DNA from: Bugula neritina
Lineage: Eukaryota > Animalia > Bryozoa
Length of the DNA: 64,000 nt
Assembly (NCBI GenBank): GCA_964035545.1
Contig: OZ037773.1
Span: forward strand, 5,857,751 to 5,921,750
Direction: 5' to 3'
The notes below the pieces were generated by a model, which made no database searches, was not told the DNA's origin, and saw only the letters and a program-made list of their open reading frames with translations. Below are positions 51,448 through 64,000 of this stretch, piece after piece. Position 1 is the first letter of the stretch. Every line of letters begins with the position of its first letter. Made by a program: the position numbers and the translations under genes.

Positions 51448-54400
51448 ATGGCTCACCTCTTGACAACATTCTTTGTAAGTATTTCTGTTAAATTGGTTTA
51501 TAATATACTAATAATATTTTATATTTATATAATGCATACTATGCAGTTACAGTGAAAACATTGCATACATTATATATATATAAACAGATGCATCATGTCC
51601 CTGTAATGGGTTTTTAACAAATAATTATTATTGGTTATATTTTGTCTATAGCATATAATGCATAACTAATAATTCATATACTAAATTTATACCTAGTGTC
51701 AAAGTACTGTATATTATATAGCCAGTATATATATACAAGATGTTATGTGTCATGATTATTGTATGTGGAGACTAGCATTTAGCTGCTATAGAAGTAATAG
51801 AATTATGGAGTGTAACTTTTCATGATTTCAAGACACCTCTACTGTAGAAATGATGTGCTATTATATTGCATAAATACTCCCAGCTATATATAGTAGATGC
51901 TAAATTATTGTGTGATTACAAGATTGGAGCTGCTTAAAAGACATACCCTTGATATATTAATGCTGTTTTTGCTGAAGGTTTTATAAATAAATTTTAGCTC
52001 ACTTCCTGGCCTTCTTGAATCGGTTATTCTCAGATAAAACAATATAACAAGTTTCTTAAATGATCAGATCTAACGATACGATTGTTCTATAAAGTCAGTT
52101 ACTCTTAATTCAAGTAAAAATGGCTAAGGAAGAGGGAGGGGGGGGGTTAAGCGCCCATCTTGCTGAAAGATTTGTGGCAGAAATAACTTAGCCAGGATTG
52201 GAACTTATGACCTCATGACTGAGAATTACAAGATATTCTGAAAAGAAATGAACATATATCAAATACAATTAACTCAAAATTTTGATATATGTGTATATGG
52301 TTATAAAACTGAGCCAGAGTTTTATTTAGGACTTTTTAAATATATAGAGATAAATATTATTTTACTAAATGAAACACAAATTGGCAAAATGTTAACTAAT
52401 GAAATTGATATGAAGGTTTTAAAGCTATATGTACAAAACTAGGCAGTTTAGCTTGAGTGTATATATATTTTAGCTGCAGACTTTTGCTGTTTTTCTGTTG
52501 TTTATACAAGAAGGCCTGGTGGAGTCACATGAACAACATATGCCAGATGGTAAGTTACAGCCACCATACAAATTTATTACCACAAACGGTCAGCGATAAT
52601 GAGAAAGTCTAGAATGTTCTTTGTAATAAATTGAAGAATACAATATTTCAATGATTTTTAACAAATAAAATTTGATATACTATATTTAAGAAACTAAAAT
52701 CCTTGACAACAGAAAACTATTAAGCATAGCATAAAACCAACTACTGTTAAAAAAATTTGCATTGTTTGGGCCATCATAACATTGACAGATATCAAATATG
52801 AACTGCTTCCATGTGCTGTCTTGGTGTCTCTGTGTGGTTTCCATGTGCTGTTCTGGTCTCTCCAGCCCCGTCTTGCTATGGACATCTGCACGCTGAGAGT
52901 GGTTCATTGGCCTCCACCAACTACCCGGGACTCTACCCCAACAACGTCTGCTGCGTCTGGAACATCAGTGTTCCTGTCGGCCTCATCACTCTGGACTTTG
53001 TAGACTTCCATCTGGAGAAAAGCAGGAAATGCAAGAACGATGTTCTGCAGGTTCTAACTGGGCTCAACTAACAAATAGAACTATACTATATTAAGCTCAT
53101 TAATTTACAGAATTAAACTAAAACTGTACGTGTGTATATATATATATAGTGGGAATAATCTGGTCCAGTTTAATACATATTAGTATAAACTAGTGGATGT
53201 TGCCTGTATAGCTTTCTTAGATTGTGTGAGCAAGCTTTTCTCAAGGCAGCAGTTACTATAATAAAACTAAAAATATCCCTTAGATTTTTTGTATATTATA
53301 CATCTGCTTTGCTGTTTTATAAATACAGATTCTGCTGCAGTATAGCAAATGAAGACTAAGTTCTTAATGTATTTTAGTTTTACGATGGGGCATCAGGATA
53401 TTTCTTAGGACAAAGCTGTGGAAAGACCCCAGGAGCTACAGTTAGCAGTTATTCCAACTCCGTAGTTATTGTTTTCATCACAGATTTCACCCACAGAAGA
53501 AGTGGCTGGCTTTTGAACTGGAGTTGTAAGAAAATTTTCTCAGTACTAACTAACTTTAGATATCTTGAAACTTTATTATCTTCTATAATCTGTTTTAATA
53601 ACTTGCATTGTTTCGCTTTGCTGAATATTTTTATAATTTAAATGTATTAAGTCTATATAGTAAAGTTTACAATCAGCCGGTTTTAAGAGCTTTATAACAC
53701 TATGATGTTACAGGGCTCAGAGCTGGTGCGGTGTTTAAACCTGGTGCTATTAAGTTAAACTTTCTAAGTGCAAAAGTAAAAAAAGACAACAGGTTTACTT
53801 TTTGTTTATTTTGTACATGCTAAAGAAAGCAAGGAACTTGTGAAATAATGCACACAATTTTGCTTCACTGTTATTGACTGTTTTCAAAGGAAAAGGCAAA
53901 CTGTATCATGCTTGTGAGTAAACCGATAGCTTATTACATAGTTTTATATTTATATGAGCAAAAACAGATTAAGTTAGGAAAAAGAAAACTTAAACTTGTT
54001 GACTATAAGCTTTGATTATTCAGAGTCAGTGAGCTTAATTCATTTATGAGTAAAGGTATCACATAAAACTCTTTTATTTTGTCATATATTTTATATCGCA
54101 TATTTTTGCAAAAAATGATTTTAATACAAATCATATTATGTAATATGTGATGATATTATTTTATTGAAAGCAAAATAATGTACGTGTTGACCATTTGCAG
54201 CCATTGATACGTGTAACCAGAAGGCCTACTGCTTGTGTAGTAAGTATGCCACCTGCACTCGAACCAACTACTACCCAGGCTACACCTGCACCTGCAATGA
54301 AGGCTACACAGGAAATGGCTTTGAATGCCAAGGTTAGAAAGTTGTTATAAATTCTAATAAAGCACAACTCAAAAATAATTTAAATATAAATATGATCAAC

Positions 54401-54831
54401 CACCATCTGGAACTGATTATAGTACTAGTAGCACACTAATTCACATACAAGCCCATGCAGTGTTATTTGCATAAGCTGTATTTTATAGCTATATCAAATA
54501 TAAAATATGAAAAATAAACATACGCTTTGAATTTCGGACTTATTGAATGAAAATTTTATTTTGTTTTATTTTTAAATATATACGCTTTGATGTATTGAAC
54601 TTTTTATACCCCGTTTTCCAATGTATTACTACCAGCTCAGCTACACTGAAGTATTAATACTCTGTACATGCAGTAATACTGTTCAGAGAATAACTCTATG
54701 GTAGTGTGTATCACATATGACATTAGACTAATAAATTATAATGAACTGCATGTAGTCTATTGATTTTTATATATTCTTAATTTTTAGCTGAACCAGCACC
54801 CAATCCCTGGGGAGGGCCTGCTTCAATATAG
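51448..54831 (+). CDS. Small secreted CUB + EGF domain protein (about 203 aa). Exons: 51448-51474, 52474-52549, 52866-53050, 53378-53525, 54201-54332, 54788-54831
   Basis: Signal peptide MAHLLTTFFLQTFAVFLLFIQEGLVES; CUB CYGHL..SGSLASTNYPGLYPNNVCCVWNI..LDFVDFHLE..CKNDVLQFYDG..CG..SNSVVIVFITD..SGWLLNW; EGF CSKYATC..YTCTCNEGYTGNGFEC. All GT-AG with compatible phases. Confidence 0.85.
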
Positions 54832-55776
54832 AACTCTTTGAAACGCTCAATATATATGGAAAGTTAATACTTATTTACAGCCATGATGACTAAAGGACGT
54901 GTAAAAAGACTTTCATTGAATGAAAATTGTTCATTTGTATTTTTCTCTATTAGAAAACAATATAAACCATATCAAAATAAAACAGAATATTGCAATGGAA
55001 ATGTTTCGCTGTTGCCGTTAAAAACTGGAGATTTTTCATGAATTCATTTTTGAGTAACTAAAAAAATAGATTCCTTAGATAATTATTACTGATGGCTTAA
55101 TTAGTAATGTTTTTTCATTTTCTTTTTGTCATTGTACGAGTAGTAAATAATGATAATAATGAATAATAATAATAATAATAATAATAATGAAATAAACTCA
55201 AAATTAAAATGTAATTATAACCTCATAATTGTTGGTATTTCATCTAATAATTTTTTAAAAGAAATTATCTTTGCCAAGTCCTTATAGTGGAGGTTAGGAA
55301 TGAATGCAAAAGTATGTTTGCATTTCAAAAGTATTCTGCATTGCCTTGTGATCAAAAAGGGATTTAAAGGGTTGTCTTATTTGTATTTAGTGAATGCTAT
55401 TCATTAGACACTAACTTAATGGGTATATTGCAAGCAATTAGATGCAAATTTATTTGCTTGTAGGACAAATATGCATCGTAGAAATAATAAAGTTTGTGTT
55501 ATTGAAAGCAAGTGCCAGTGAAAATTCTGCTTGTATAATTAGAAATGTATTAACATGATCCTAAAATGTGCTATATAGCTACTGTGAATTTACGACGGTC
55601 CTTGTACTATAAAATAGATTGTTGAAAGTACAGCTTCCCTGGATTGTCACGGCATAAAGTTAAAGTTCAAAGTGACGTCAATGCCACTCTGATAATAGGT
55701 CATCTCTGGTAGCAGCATATATTATATGGCTCACTGCACTTACTGGGGTCAATAGCTATAAGTTGCTCTGCACACA

Positions 55777-58700
55777 ATGAATCTACTCCAGGTTAGTTTC
55801 TTTTTACACATTTATTGCTATACATGCACTGAATATGCCAGTTATAGGTGAATTTAAGTAGTCCATTTGTTTTTATTGGCAATTTTTTAATCTAACAAAA
55901 AACTTATGCAAGCTTATAGTCACTATCCCTGTGAGAAACCCCTGATAGAAAGGGTTATTGTTTAAGCGGGCTAAGGACTTATTTAGATGAGGCACAAAAG
56001 CAATTATGACTAGATGCTCTTCTTAACACATCACCAATGGCCTTTTTCTGGGTTCGAACCCATAACTTTGTGGTTACTATATATGCAAACGCTCTAACCC
56101 CTATAGACCAGCTTTTTGTTTACAGAGATAGCCTTTATTAAACAAGGCCAATGGTTCTTTTCAACTTGATGTTAATCCTCAAAACATATCAAAGCAGAAA
56201 GAAAGCTGAAAGCAGGCAAGACATGTAACTTATTCCCATAGACTCATTTCTGTTGCAGGATATCCCAATCTATCTGGTGTTGGTGATAGCTTCAGTGGAA
56301 TGCAAACAGGTGCTTGTTGATTTGTCACATTCTCTCAATGCCGATGTCCCTATTTATCCCAACAGTAAGTCATAAAATTAATAAATCTGTCATAAATATC
56401 TAGCTGGGCATAGATGTGGGAGTTTATTATCGTGGCTGTAACTTTACAGAAAAAAGTCATGAGAGACTAATGGTATAGCAAATACAAAAATACCAGAAAC
56501 TTAAGTTGCAGCTAAATGAACAAATTGGAAATTATTTTTATGCCCCATTAAGTTTTTGGCAATTACATTAATCTAGTCACTTTGAATAAAATTGAATAGC
56601 TGTAACAAAATACTGTGAGAACAATTTACTGTTATTATGTTACCGTCAAATAAACTTGTTGAAACGATTAAGAACTGAAATGACCATGTGCCCATAGTGG
56701 CTATTATGGCTGGTAAAGTAATTTCTAGTTTCATTACTGCACTGTGGTTTAATGGTACTTCACTGCATTACTGCACTGTGGTTTAATGGTACTTCACTGC
56801 ATTACTGCACTGTGGTTTAATGGTACTTCACTGCATTACTGCACTGTGGTTCATAGTAGTACTTCACTGAGCCACTCTACAGTTTTTTAAACTATTAAGT
56901 TTTAACTTTTTCAATTGCAGCTGTGGTTAATGCAAGTACAGCTACACTATTAACTGTTTGTGCATTTTTTCCCTTGAATTAGATCAGGAGTTTGAGCTAT
57001 CTGTCGTTGTCAATGGCACTGTTAATGGCAAGTGGCTTTCATACAACAATATATTATTTTATGAGCATACGAGCACGCACCTAGACGCCCCCTCCCACTT
57101 TGCTTCTTTTGATGGAGTCTATTATGCTGCTACTATCCCAGTAGAAAGGTGAAAAAAATTCCCTAGTATTATATAACTAAATTTAGTTGATTTGATTATC
57201 GATTATAATACTTAATATGTCATATAGAACACAAGCATCACCTAGCCATTTTTGCACTTTTGGCACTTGAAAATATTCCTAAATTTAGTTGAAAACAACT
57301 GAAATGGTATACAGTGCTCTTCATAAAAGAGAGAGGCTATCAATTATCTAAATTTATTCATTATTTACCTTCAAGCCAAATATTAAGCTTTGCTAAAAAA
57401 CTTTATAAATTAATGTAAAAAACTGGGGTCAACTTTTCAAAAATGTCAAAGAAACAAAATTTATTACCAAATATCATGCTGTGGTTAATAAAATATCACC
57501 CCAAGTTTGCCAAGTTATGCTTTTATATGACACATATTATGAATATATTTTTCAATCAACAAAATGTTAACTAATACGAATTGTATGAATATTCAGTAAA
57601 ACTTGCATTGCCATTGTAGACTAGTTGGCCCACTCAGCGTTATCAATTTGGAAGAGAAAAGCGATGCAGATCGAGACTATCGAGTTACTGCTGATGACAT
57701 CACTTCCTATGAGAAAGAATTTGGAAAAATACCCAAAGGAGGCATTGTAAGTGGAGCTTTTCACGTCAAAAAAGCATCAATAATTATCTGAAATAAATAT
57801 TGTCTGTAGTGAAAGTTGGGTGGTCGTTCAGGAAAGCAGTTCCCCTCGCTAATATGTGATAAAAGTTTATTAATTTTAATACAAACTATTCCATAATCTT
57901 TTTATAAAATTTATAGCTCGAGTTTATTTCATTGAAAAATAATTGCCCTCCCCACTGGGATTCGAACCCGAGACTTCTGGCTTGCAAGCAAGTGTGCTAA
58001 CCATTACACCACGGGAGCCACTGGGTAAACTCGATCATCACTACATTTGTTTAATAAAATTTGAGGTGATTCTATGTTGTAGCAGTTTTATACCCAAAGT
58101 GAACGATTCTTCTATCTAATCGGTAATTTTCAGTAGGTAACCAAGATCTTTAAATATATTATTATTCTGCTTAAGTTTTCGGTAAATTGTTTATGCTTAG
58201 TGAAACTACTTTTAGGTAATATTTGACTTTGGTTGGTCAAAGTACTGGAATAATTTTGAAGGAATATATGGAGCTGCAAGAAATGGCACAACTTTTCATT
58301 TCCCAGGCCTTGGAATTGATGCAGCTGAAGTCCTTGCAGACAGAGGTGTTTACGGTAAGGCAACTCCAAATTATTTTATGTTGCCCGGTTCAAAATGCTT
58401 CACAATATAACTTTAATATTTCAAACTTGAAAATTTAATTTCAAGCACTAATAGTAATAATAACTTAATATATTACCTATAAAAGAATTGTTTTTATTGT
58501 GGCCAATATTTGGAGCTCTTTTGATAAATGTCTTTCCTAGCATAAGCTATAATCTTTACTAGGATTCGAACCACTGCATGACCCTGTGTTTACTAGGCCA
58601 ATGCTCTAACCTCTGCTTTTCTTTACTCAATAAATACCATCAATTAAATAAAATAAATAAAAATTTTAGTTTTAGTTTATTTTTAGTTTTTTATGTTGGA

Positions 58701-59130
58701 TATGTGTTACAGGTGTAGGTATTGATACACCCTCTGTAGACTATGGACCCAGTCAGGACTATCCCGCACATTACTATTTACACGGTAGAAATATTTATCA
58801 CTTGGAGAATGTAGGCTCTATGAGTGCTCTACCAAAAGGAGGAAAAGGTAAGACAACTTCTTACCTTGCTATCTAATACGATCTTAAAATATTATTTTGC
58901 ATTTAATGATTTAATGTTACTAAGGTAAGCACTTTCGTGGTGATACTGTTATTGTATTTGTAGGTGTTACACTGTTTGTTGGAGCTATGAAGATAGACTC
59001 AGGCTCAGGTGGCCCAGTTAGACTCATTGCTATGTTTGATGATGAAGAAGGTGGAATATCTACTGGGACAGCCACAGGCTATGGAATTCACTTGCTCACT
59101 ACTGCTGTAGCATGTGTCATTATTGGCTAA
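55777..59130 (+). CDS. Cyclase-family metal-dependent amidohydrolase (kynurenine formamidase KynB / isatin hydrolase-like), copy 1. Exons: 55777-55791, 56259-56364, 56983-57148, 57620-57746, 58216-58354, 58713-58847, 58964-59130
   Basis: VDLSH, EHTSTHLDAPSHF (HxGTHxDxPxH motif), GWSKYW, HFPG, GVGIDTPSVD, LENV, GSGGPVRLIA; N-terminal signal peptide and hydrophobic C-terminal tail. Confidence 0.92.
56732..56869. repeat. 34-bp minisatellite, about 4 units
   Basis: Unit CATTACTGCACTGTGGTTTAATGGTACTTCACTG. Confidence 0.93.
57933..58045 (-). repeat. tRNA(Ala-TGC)-like repeat, copy 1
   Basis: A box TGGTGTAATGGTTAG, B box GGTTCGAATCC, CT-TGC-AA loop; stems imperfect; three related copies nearby. 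Confidence 0.75.
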
Positions 59131-59955
59131 TTAGAATCTTTCTGCAAACTTCATGAAAATGAAATTTATAATTTTTAACAATAAGTAGAAATAGAAACAT
59201 ATTGTATCTTCTTCCCAATTTCCAGTCAATAAAAATTTTAGGAATAGCCATACAAAAAACAATTATTTTAACTTGCTTAACTGCTTTGATTATTAAAGCT
59301 TTTTTTTCTAAATGACAGATGCACAAATTTATTTTTTGTGTTTGGTGTGGTGATAATTGTATTTAACTGTAGTATATTCTAAAAGTTTAACATAGTATTA
59401 TTGATGCAATAAATTTTACTATTTGAGGAAAATTACAAGATTTAGTTTATCCGAACTTGAACATTGTTTGAGTACGATATGTTATTATTTGATTATTGTG
59501 TATTCAAGTTGTAAAATTTATATTCAAAAATTAGACTTCAGCCAAGATTACTGCTTCAAAAGGCATTCTATTTGGAGCAGGTTTTATCATTAAACATGGC
59601 AACCAAGTCCATACATATAGTAAAGTTATTATAAGGAGCCTATTTATAGATTCTGGTTGAAAACTTTGCCCTCTCCTATTCATATCGATAGTAATAATGA
59701 ACTACTTATTGTTCGTGCCAACGTATCCATGCAGCTATACTGCTGCATAGTCTAGTCTAACATATTTTACTGAATGAAGGATCGCGTAGACTGTAATACG
59801 AAATAGACATAATAAAGGATATAATGAAGGCTCATCCATCACAAAAGTCAAATTAGTGGTTATTTGTTCATAAGCTGGTTGAACTGCAACGCGTGAGCTA
59901 CACAACCAATAACTGTTCTATAGGCAGTATGCTTTTCAAGAAGGAGCTGCACAAT

Positions 59956-62900
59956 ATGGATTTCACTCAGGTTAGTTGACTAGTTTCTTCTAAGCAATGC
60001 ACACTCTCTTGCTGTGTAGTGTTGAGTTTACCCAGTGGCTCCCCTGGTGTAAAGGTAGCACACTTGCTTGCAAGCCAGAAGACTTGGTTCGATTCCCAGT
60101 GGGGACAAAATTATTTTTCATGGTGTACAACTGCGTAATATTTGAGTACAGAGTCGGCTTGAGTTATAACATATTCTCAAGGCATGACTACTACTATATG
60201 TTGCAGTTGCGAAATGTACAGCTATTAGTACAATTGTAATTGTTCATGTTGGCAAACTTTCAAATTTTAGTAGAAATATGACTGTCTGTAGCACCGCCAA
60301 ATTTTCACCAGTATAAGTATTGTTACTCTCACTTTCATGTTACCATGCAGCTTACAGCCAAATTATCTATAGTTACTTACCTATACCAATTACACTACTA
60401 GTTACCTATTCTAATTTCACTGTTAGTTACTTATTTTACTAGTAATTACACTGTTAGCTGTTTAATTACTCCATTTAAATAACTATTAACTTATTTTAAT
60501 AATAGAGTGCTAGTCACTTACTTAAACTTAAACAACTAGCATGCTGCAAATCATCTCTAACCTCATTATAGCACCTGATCACTCAAACTATATTAACTGA
60601 TAGCCTCTCAGGCCAATGAGGTGCATATCTGTAAGTGTATGTTTAACATTTTTTGTTTAAGCTCAAGTGTGCTAACCATTACACCACTGGACCATTGGGT
60701 AAACTCCTCACTACATCCCACTCAGTTCTCTAAACTCCACTGGCCTCTCTACTACTCCTTCAGGCTCTCTGGCCTCATAACTCCTTTAGAGTACTGCTAC
60801 TACTTCACTTCACTAAAGGCCGAAATAGCTTGAAAAATAACTGCCCCCACTGGGATTCGAACCCAGGACTTCTGGCTAGCAAGCAAGTGTGCTAACCATT
60901 ACACCACGGAGTTCACTGGGTATACTCATCACTACACAAAGCGCAATTGTTTTTTCAATTACAAGCAACTTCTTATGCTACAAGTATTTGCTATTTTACA
61001 AAATGCAACTTTACCCTTTTGCCAACCCAACCTGAATTCAACTCATCAAAAGTTTACATAGCTCAATAGAGAAATGCTTAACTGAACTGCAGGAGTTGTG
61101 TGCCCTTCTGGCAGTTTCATAAAATGCCATGTTTTAGCTTACGTGCTTATTTTTGAATAGACGAGACAAACTTGCACCTCCAAACCTACCCACATTTGTC
61201 TAATATAAACACAAATTTTGGTAAAACGAAACAAGTTGCACACTTATGTATTTAAAGAGCAAAGTTGTAGTTAGAATGTGACTGTCTGGAAATCAAGTAA
61301 AAACAGCTTTAGCTTCATATAATCTGTCGGAATTAATGACACTTGTTGTAGATCTCCCTGGCATTATGTCTGGCGTATCTAATAGCTTCAGTGGAATGCA
61401 AGCAGGTTCTTGTTGATTTGTCACATTCTCTCAATGCTGATAACCACATATGGCCTACCAGTAAGTAAATATACCAATAGCCAATCGGGCAATTGATCAC
61501 ATAGCAGAGTAAACATAATAGCCAATCGGGTGAGAGATCACATAACAGAGTGAATACTAATAGCCAATAGAGCAAGTCCTAACATTCTGTGACGAGTGAT
61601 AGTATAGCAGCTGCTTCATATTTTACGGTTTACAGTAGCTTTTTAAACCCAACAATAGAACTTACTATAGTATATCAATTTTTATCCAAGCCCTAAAGGT
61701 TTTGTGGTGTTTGTGTGTCATGCTATTCAAGACACTTTTTTATACCTTATGAGTCTAAAATAAAGTTGAATAGCAATTTACACAAAATACTGAGAAATGA
61801 TAACTTCTATAACTGACTTTTATCTGCAATTGTGGTTCACATGTGCTGTACTTCTTCTGTTTATTCAGATGACAAGTTTGAGCTGATTGTCGTTGCTAAT
61901 GGAACTCTGGATAATGGAAAGTGGTACGCATCTAACAATGTCAGATTATCTGAGCATACGGGCACGCATCTAGACGCCCCCGCCCATTTTGCTTCTTTTG
62001 ATGGAGTTTACAGTGCTGCGACTATCCCAGTAGAGAGGTAAAAAAGCTAATCCACTGAAATACAACTTGATTGTTACATAAATAATTTTTTAATTAAATG
62101 CACCAATGTTTTTTCTTGTAGCTAAGCGTTTCTATGTGAAAAAAAATTGTTACAAGTCAGATAGATTTGCTAAAAATTGGATGCTGTTGCAATAATTCCT
62201 CTAAAGTCAAAATAAGGTTTAAGCATATTTCCTTAAATATAATATGCAGATGTCAACTGTCAAATGAAAACATAAATTTGAACAGATATTAATTTCCATC
62301 CTATAGTAGCTGTTAGGACTATGCCATACTCTGCATATATGCCTGCTATCACTTATATACTAATAAATCAAAGCAGCTTAAAATAGAACTAATAAGATAT
62401 AGCTTGAACTGAAACATAAAATATGTGCAACATCAAATATATTGAGCCCAGATGGGCCCCATGACCCTAAAACTCACTTGATATGGTTCATGATTATATA
62501 GGTCACTTGATGGTTCATGATTATCTAGGTCACTTGATGGTTCATGATTATCTAGGTCACTTGATGGTTCATGATTATATAGGTCACTTGATGGTTCATG
62601 ATTATATAGGTCACTTGATGGCTCATGATTATCTAGGTCACTTGATATCAAGGAGAAAGTAAACACATCATCATGATATTAGATATGGCAAGTAACATGA
62701 GGCACTGCACATACTTTAGTTCTCGAATGTTAACACATTTCAATGCCAGCACATGTGTAAACTATAAACACACATGCTGTATTTGAAAGCCAACTATAAG
62801 ATCATTCATTGGTTGTTCATGAATCATTTCGAATTATCTTTCCTTTGGGTATACTGTTATTAGCAGTTTAATTTGTGTATACCTAATGAGCATTGTGTTA

Positions 62901-63324
62901 GCATGCAGTTTAACGCAAGTTCTAACTTTTAAATTTCATTCAATTAACTCTGAAGGTGGATACAGTGGTATCTGAGGTATAGGGTTACTCTGTTTATTTA
63001 GATATAAAAGAAAATGTAAACAGTTAAAGTGCTTTCCATTTATTTATTTCTATTGAAAATTGTGTTACATTCAACAAAATAACCATCATAATTATTGTAA
63101 GAATTGAATCGTGTTTTAGTTCTGCTAGAAATTAGCAACTAGAATAGAGTCTGTCTCAAGCTGGGAATTTGAAATCAAAGTGTATTTCACATTGTAGGCT
63201 GGTTGGCCCACTCAGCGTTATTAATTTGGAAGAGAAAAGCGATGCAGATCGAGACTATCGAGTTACTGCTGATGACATCACTTCCTATGAGAAAGAATTT
63301 GGAAAAATACCCGAAGGAGGCATT
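59956..63324 (+). CDS. Cyclase-family amidohydrolase, copy 2 (3' exons outside the window). Exons: 59956-59970, 61352-61460, 61869-62037, 63198-63324
   Basis: Same exon structure as copy 1; canonical EHTGTHLDAPAHF; signal peptide MDFTQISLALCLAYLIASVEC. Confidence 0.9.
60015..60120 (+). repeat. tRNA(Ala-TGC)-like repeat, copy 2
   Basis: Reverse-complement homologue of 57933-58045. Confidence 0.75.
60664..60936 (-). repeat. tRNA(Ala)-like repeat, copy 3 (60831-60936) plus partial copy 4 (60664-60715)
   Basis: Same A/B boxes and the same TGTAGTG 5' extension. Confidence 0.75.
62473..62647. repeat. 27-bp minisatellite, about 6 units, intronic
   Basis: Unit GGTCACTTGATGGTTCATGATTAT(A/C)TA. Confidence 0.93.
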
Positions 63325-63807
63325 GTAAGTTGATCTGCTGGATTTTAATTTACAGAATGTGCCTGCAGCTGCCATGTTGAAAGCTGAAACTAAAAACTGG
63401 CTGAGCATTTTAGGATGTATAAAGAGCCTGCCTTGTTGGGCATTAATTTTCTTCAAAATAAATATTTATATATTGGATAAGATCTAGTTGCATTATGTAA
63501 TTTGATAGTGAAAGTATCTCTTTAACATGACACCAGTAAGCACTCCAGTAGGTGTTTTGTATGTGCTCAACATGCCATAGAGCTTCACCTCTTCATTTAT
63601 CTGGGAAGTGAACCGAATTTTATGTTTTGCATTGGCAATAATTACTTTTATTTATTGCTCAATTGCTAAATAGAGCATTTAAAAATTTTCTAATGGAAAT
63701 CTATATAGATTAGAATGCAGTTTATTGGCTTATGGTAAGAGTTGAAGCAAATTTACGATTTTAAAAATAAAATTATGTATTGTAATTTGCTATGATTTGT
63801 GTAATTG

Positions 63808-63809
<2 letters not shown>

Positions 63810-63869
<60 letters not shown>
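63810..63869. repeat. (TA)n microsatellite
   Basis: Directly visible. Confidence 0.97.
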
Positions 63870-63873
<4 letters not shown>

Positions 63874-64000
63874 GTTAAATCTTATAATTATTGTATTGGA
63901 ATATCTGTGCAGTGTTATACTATTGAAGGTGCAGGACAGTGGTGCTTCAGCGGGGAGAGGGGTTCAACTGACTATATAGTGGATTGAACCCTTATCATCA

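Noticed and set aside
56732-56869. CRISPR-like regular repeats (also the 82-bp and 27-bp arrays)
   Set aside because: Head-to-tail units without unique spacers, in eukaryotic introns, with no cas genes.
57945-58020. Functional tRNA-Ala gene
   Set aside because: Acceptor and anticodon stems are mismatched, and copies are divergent with shared non-tRNA flanks; treated as a repeat.
62433-62666. ORF with NHEPSSDLY repeats
   Set aside because: 27-bp intronic minisatellite antisense to cyclase copy 2; no other coding evidence.

Overview
AT-rich, intron-rich animal (invertebrate) genomic DNA; the species cannot be determined from the window alone. All exon models below were spliced by hand from splice sites, intron phase and paralogue comparison. 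The window is dominated by a cluster of six Golgi carbohydrate sulfotransferase paralogues (Sulfotransfer_2 / CHST8-14-like): one partial + strand gene at the left edge, four tandem - strand copies (A-D) and one divergent + strand copy (E). It also holds a Gfo/Idh/MocA oxidoreductase with an intronless CDS, a small secreted CUB-EGF gene and two tandem secreted cyclase-family (kynurenine formamidase/isatin hydrolase-like) amidohydrolase genes. Main observations: (1) the sulfotransferase luminal stems appear to be built from a variable number of duplicated, frame-symmetric 24-39 nt mini-exons in A-D. (2) Copy E has an 82-bp tandem repeat that may independently create new in-frame 33-nt exons. 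(3) A young BEL/Pao LTR retrotransposon (451-bp LTRs, AATAT target-site duplication) in an intron of copy E keeps one long Gag-protease-integrase ORF but lacks reverse transcriptase and has no canonical PBS or PPT. (4) GC-AG introns occur at two different positions in the family. (5) Degenerate AGT/ACT-type low-complexity tracts recur near the 5' ends of four genes. Several MITEs, SINE-like repeats, an RTE fragment and microsatellites fill the introns.
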